64,000 nt of DNA, taken from positions 1 to 64,000 of the forward strand of contig CAVZKL010000012.1 in NCBI GenBank assembly GCA_963775895.1, in the 5' to 3' direction. The position numbers and the translations under genes were made by a program. This DNA comes from Candidatus Bathyarchaeota archaeon (GTDB lineage: Archaea; Thermoproteota; Bathyarchaeia; Bathyarchaeales; Bathycorpusculaceae). Position 1 is the stretch's first letter, and each line of letters begins with the position of its first letter. Positions 61,930 to 64,000 of the stretch are shown here, piece after piece. A model generated the notes under the pieces. That model did no database searches. It saw nothing but the letters and a program-made list of their open reading frames with translations, and was not told where the DNA came from.

Positions 61930-63084
61930 TCAGCTCTTCTTGTCGTGCGAAAAAGGAAAAGGGACTTCCTTACCCGATCCTCCGCCGTTGCGAACTACCT
62001 TGTAATAAGTGAACGCTTCTTTGACCAAATCTGGAGCGGACCCTCTGAACAGCAGTGAATAGGGTGTCGTACAGCCGGCAAGACAAGACTTGCAATTCTT
62101 TCTAGCCTCTAGCACCTGCTGGAATCGACTTGTCCCCAGCAATTCTGCCATTGAAGAAGTCACGAGCGACCCAATTTTCCATTCGGAAGAATTTGGTACT
62201 ATCGGGCAGATGCGGAGATCACCGAGGGGTGACACTCCCATGTACAAGCGCCCGGCATCACAGATGTGCGGCATCTCGCCTTTAACAAACTTCGGGAAGA
62301 ACTCGATCACTTTCTCCGAGGGCCCGATGAACGGGTTGGTTTCCTTTTCCTTCAGAACATCGAGAACGAAACCGTCAACTTTGTCGCTGGGAATAGAGTA
62401 CGCCGATATGAAATTGTCCTCTCCTCCAACGGGGAAACCTGTTATGAATACGCCAAGATTCTTGATCCAATTGCAGAAAGGAATGAATTCTTTGTAGTTC
62501 ACGTTGTTCAGAACAAAATTCACACCGACGACACAATCGCCCTTTACGGCAAGCAGATTCTTCAACCCTGCAAGAGCTTGCTTAAACGTTCCTTCCTCTC
62601 CTCGAATCTTATCATGGGTTTCCTCGAAACCGTCAAAAGAAACGAAAACCGTATCAAACACGCTCGAAATGGATTTCGCTCTTTTGGGAGTCAGCAAGGT
62701 ACCGTTCGTATTAACGCCAACGACAACTCCCTTGCGCTTAGCAACTGCAGCTATTTCTTCCAGGTCCCTCCTAATCAGTGGCTCTCCGCCGGTGATACCC
62801 AAGATGCCGACGCCGAGGTCCCCAAGTTCACTGACGATTTTCTTCGCTTGATCCGTGTCCAGCTCTTTCGGGTTCTTCAGCTTCCACGCATCACAGAACA
62901 TGCATCTTCGGTTGCATCGAAAGGTTATCTGGTAACTGACGAAAAACGGCCTCGGACAGCCTATTTTGTATCTCACAAGGCTATTTGCGATCTTTAGCGC
63001 GGGCATCAATATGTTTCTGCTCACTCTGACCACCGAGGCCTCTGGAGACACTTTCGAACAGGTTCTCTTAGCAACCGGTGACAC
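61930..63084 (-). CDS. Radical SAM protein with a SPASM/twitch domain (start uncertain)
   Basis: CNRRCMFC, TGGEPL, NTNGTL, S.DG....HD.IRG, C.AG...C, CKSC...C. Confidence 0.9.
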   Translation of the reverse strand: MSPVAKRTCSKVSPEASVVRVSRNILMPALKIANSLVRYKIGCPRPFFVSYQITFRCNRRCMFCDAWKLKNPKELDTDQAKKIVSELGDLGVGILGITGGEPLIRRDLEEIAAVAKRKGVVVGVNTNGTLLTPKRAKSISSVFDTVFVSFDGFEETHDKIRGEEGTFKQALAGLKNLLAVKGDCVVGVNFVLNNVNYKEFIPFCNWIKNLGVFITGFPVGGEDNFISAYSIPSDKVDGFVLDVLKEKETNPFIGPSEKVIEFFPKFVKGEMPHICDAGRLYMGVSPLGDLRICPIVPNSSEWKIGSLVTSSMAELLGTSRFQQVLEARKNCKSCLAGCTTPYSLLFRGSAPDLVKEAFTYYKVVRNGGGSGKEVPFPFSHDKKS

Positions 63085-63200
63085 TTAATTCCTGCTTCCT
63101 TGACCATCATGTCTCCAATTGTTGACCAATGATTTTGCCATGGTCGACGATGCAAGGATTATCTAAGAGTGCCTCTTTACATAGTCCTAGGAGACTGGAA

Positions 63201-64000
63201 ATGGTCGATTCGGCAGAGCTTTTCGAGGCGATCTCGCACCCGGTGCGAATCAAGATTTTGAAGATTCTCGAGAAGCAGCCTGCAAGCTTTGCCTCCCTGA
63301 AGAGACAGCTGGACATTGAAAGCAGTGGCAACCTTGATTATCACCTCAAGAAGCTCGCCCAACTCATAGCGGTTCGAGAGAACGGGTTGTACGGGCTTAC
63401 GGACGCAGGAAAAGAAGCCCTTCTGTCGATTGGAACGATAGAGCTGTGGACTGAAATGGAAAGGCGTAAGATCAAAACACCTGGAAAACTGCCGTTGGAA
63501 GCCTCTTTGCTCATTTTGTTAGAGTCCTCGACCGTTGCGGTGGCCATACTCTGGTTTCTCTTGGCGCCTTCAACTCTGTCCATTCTTTCAGTGATCTCGA
63601 TTTCAGCAGTCATCGCGTCCCTTGGCGTCGTATCAGTTTTTGGGATTCTTACTGCTGGGCGATGGAGCTGGAAAACGGTGATAGCGAAGTCGGGCATGAT
63701 GATGTTGGGAGGGCTGATTCCCCTGTCCTACCTGTCCATTTTGTTGGGGGCATCTCGTGACGTGTCAGCGGAGATGGATCTATTCTATCCAACAGGAATT
63801 CTGTACATAGTGTTCGTAGTTCTGGAAACAGTGTCTGTATTCGTGGCTTTGAGAAGCCCTGTTAGGGACTATCTGGGTGCAAAGACAGTTACTCGTTTGC
63901 CTCACCGCGCCCTTCTCGGAGGAGTTGCCAGCATAGCCAGTGGGGCCTTGACGACCGTCGGGATGAGTTTGAACGTTTTCTCCTTGACGCTAAACGGTGG
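63201..64000 (+). CDS. wHTH (ArsR-like) regulator fused to a multi-TM domain, runs off the window end
   Basis: ELFEAISHP.RIKIL..L...P.SFA.LKR.L.IESSGNLDYHLKKL..L......G.Y.LT..G, followed by TMs. Confidence 0.85.
   Translation, partial: MVDSAELFEAISHPVRIKILKILEKQPASFASLKRQLDIESSGNLDYHLKKLAQLIAVRENGLYGLTDAGKEALLSIGTIELWTEMERRKIKTPGKLPLEASLLILLESSTVAVAILWFLLAPSTLSILSVISISAVIASLGVVSVFGILTAGRWSWKTVIAKSGMMMLGGLIPLSYLSILLGASRDVSAEMDLFYPTGILYIVFVVLETVSVFVALRSPVRDYLGAKTVTRLPHRALLGGVASIASGALTTVGMSLNVFSLTLNG

Overview
Archaeal chromosomal segment, most likely Bathyarchaeia (inferred from archaeal r-proteins and RNAP subunits, smc-scpA-scpB, H4MPT enzymes Ftr and Mtd, and many small Zn-ribbon and membrane-HTH genes). 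The right third is core genome: smc/scpAB, rps8e, srp19, gltX, the mevalonate/isoprenoid genes, the rps13-rps4-rps11-rpoD-rpl18e-rpl13-rps9-rpoN-eno-rps2 operon, and rps15-DHH-pcc1. The left and middle hold sugar-phosphate genes, three intronless tRNAs (Leu-GAG, Gly-TCC, Ala-TGC), archease/rtcB, aRF1 and a seven-gene PRC-barrel/MoxR/DUF58/transglutaminase/vWA operon. At least a dozen genes, several essential, are broken by single-base indels that are almost certainly sequencing errors. The most interesting region is a decayed accessory island (about 14340-18580) between the mtd/HIT genes and ftr. It contains a bidirectional TCAAGG iteron-like cluster next to a wHTH gene, a membrane-tethered wHTH gene and a surface-protein gene that share a duplicated ~45 bp promoter with a GTACGG-N5-CCGTAC palindrome, and an integrase C-terminal remnant that overlaps an Ftr carrying a WW-like N-terminal extension. 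Runs of (CG)4 appear only in intergenic DNA, including just downstream of all three tRNAs. All calls are from motif recognition by eye; no searches were run.
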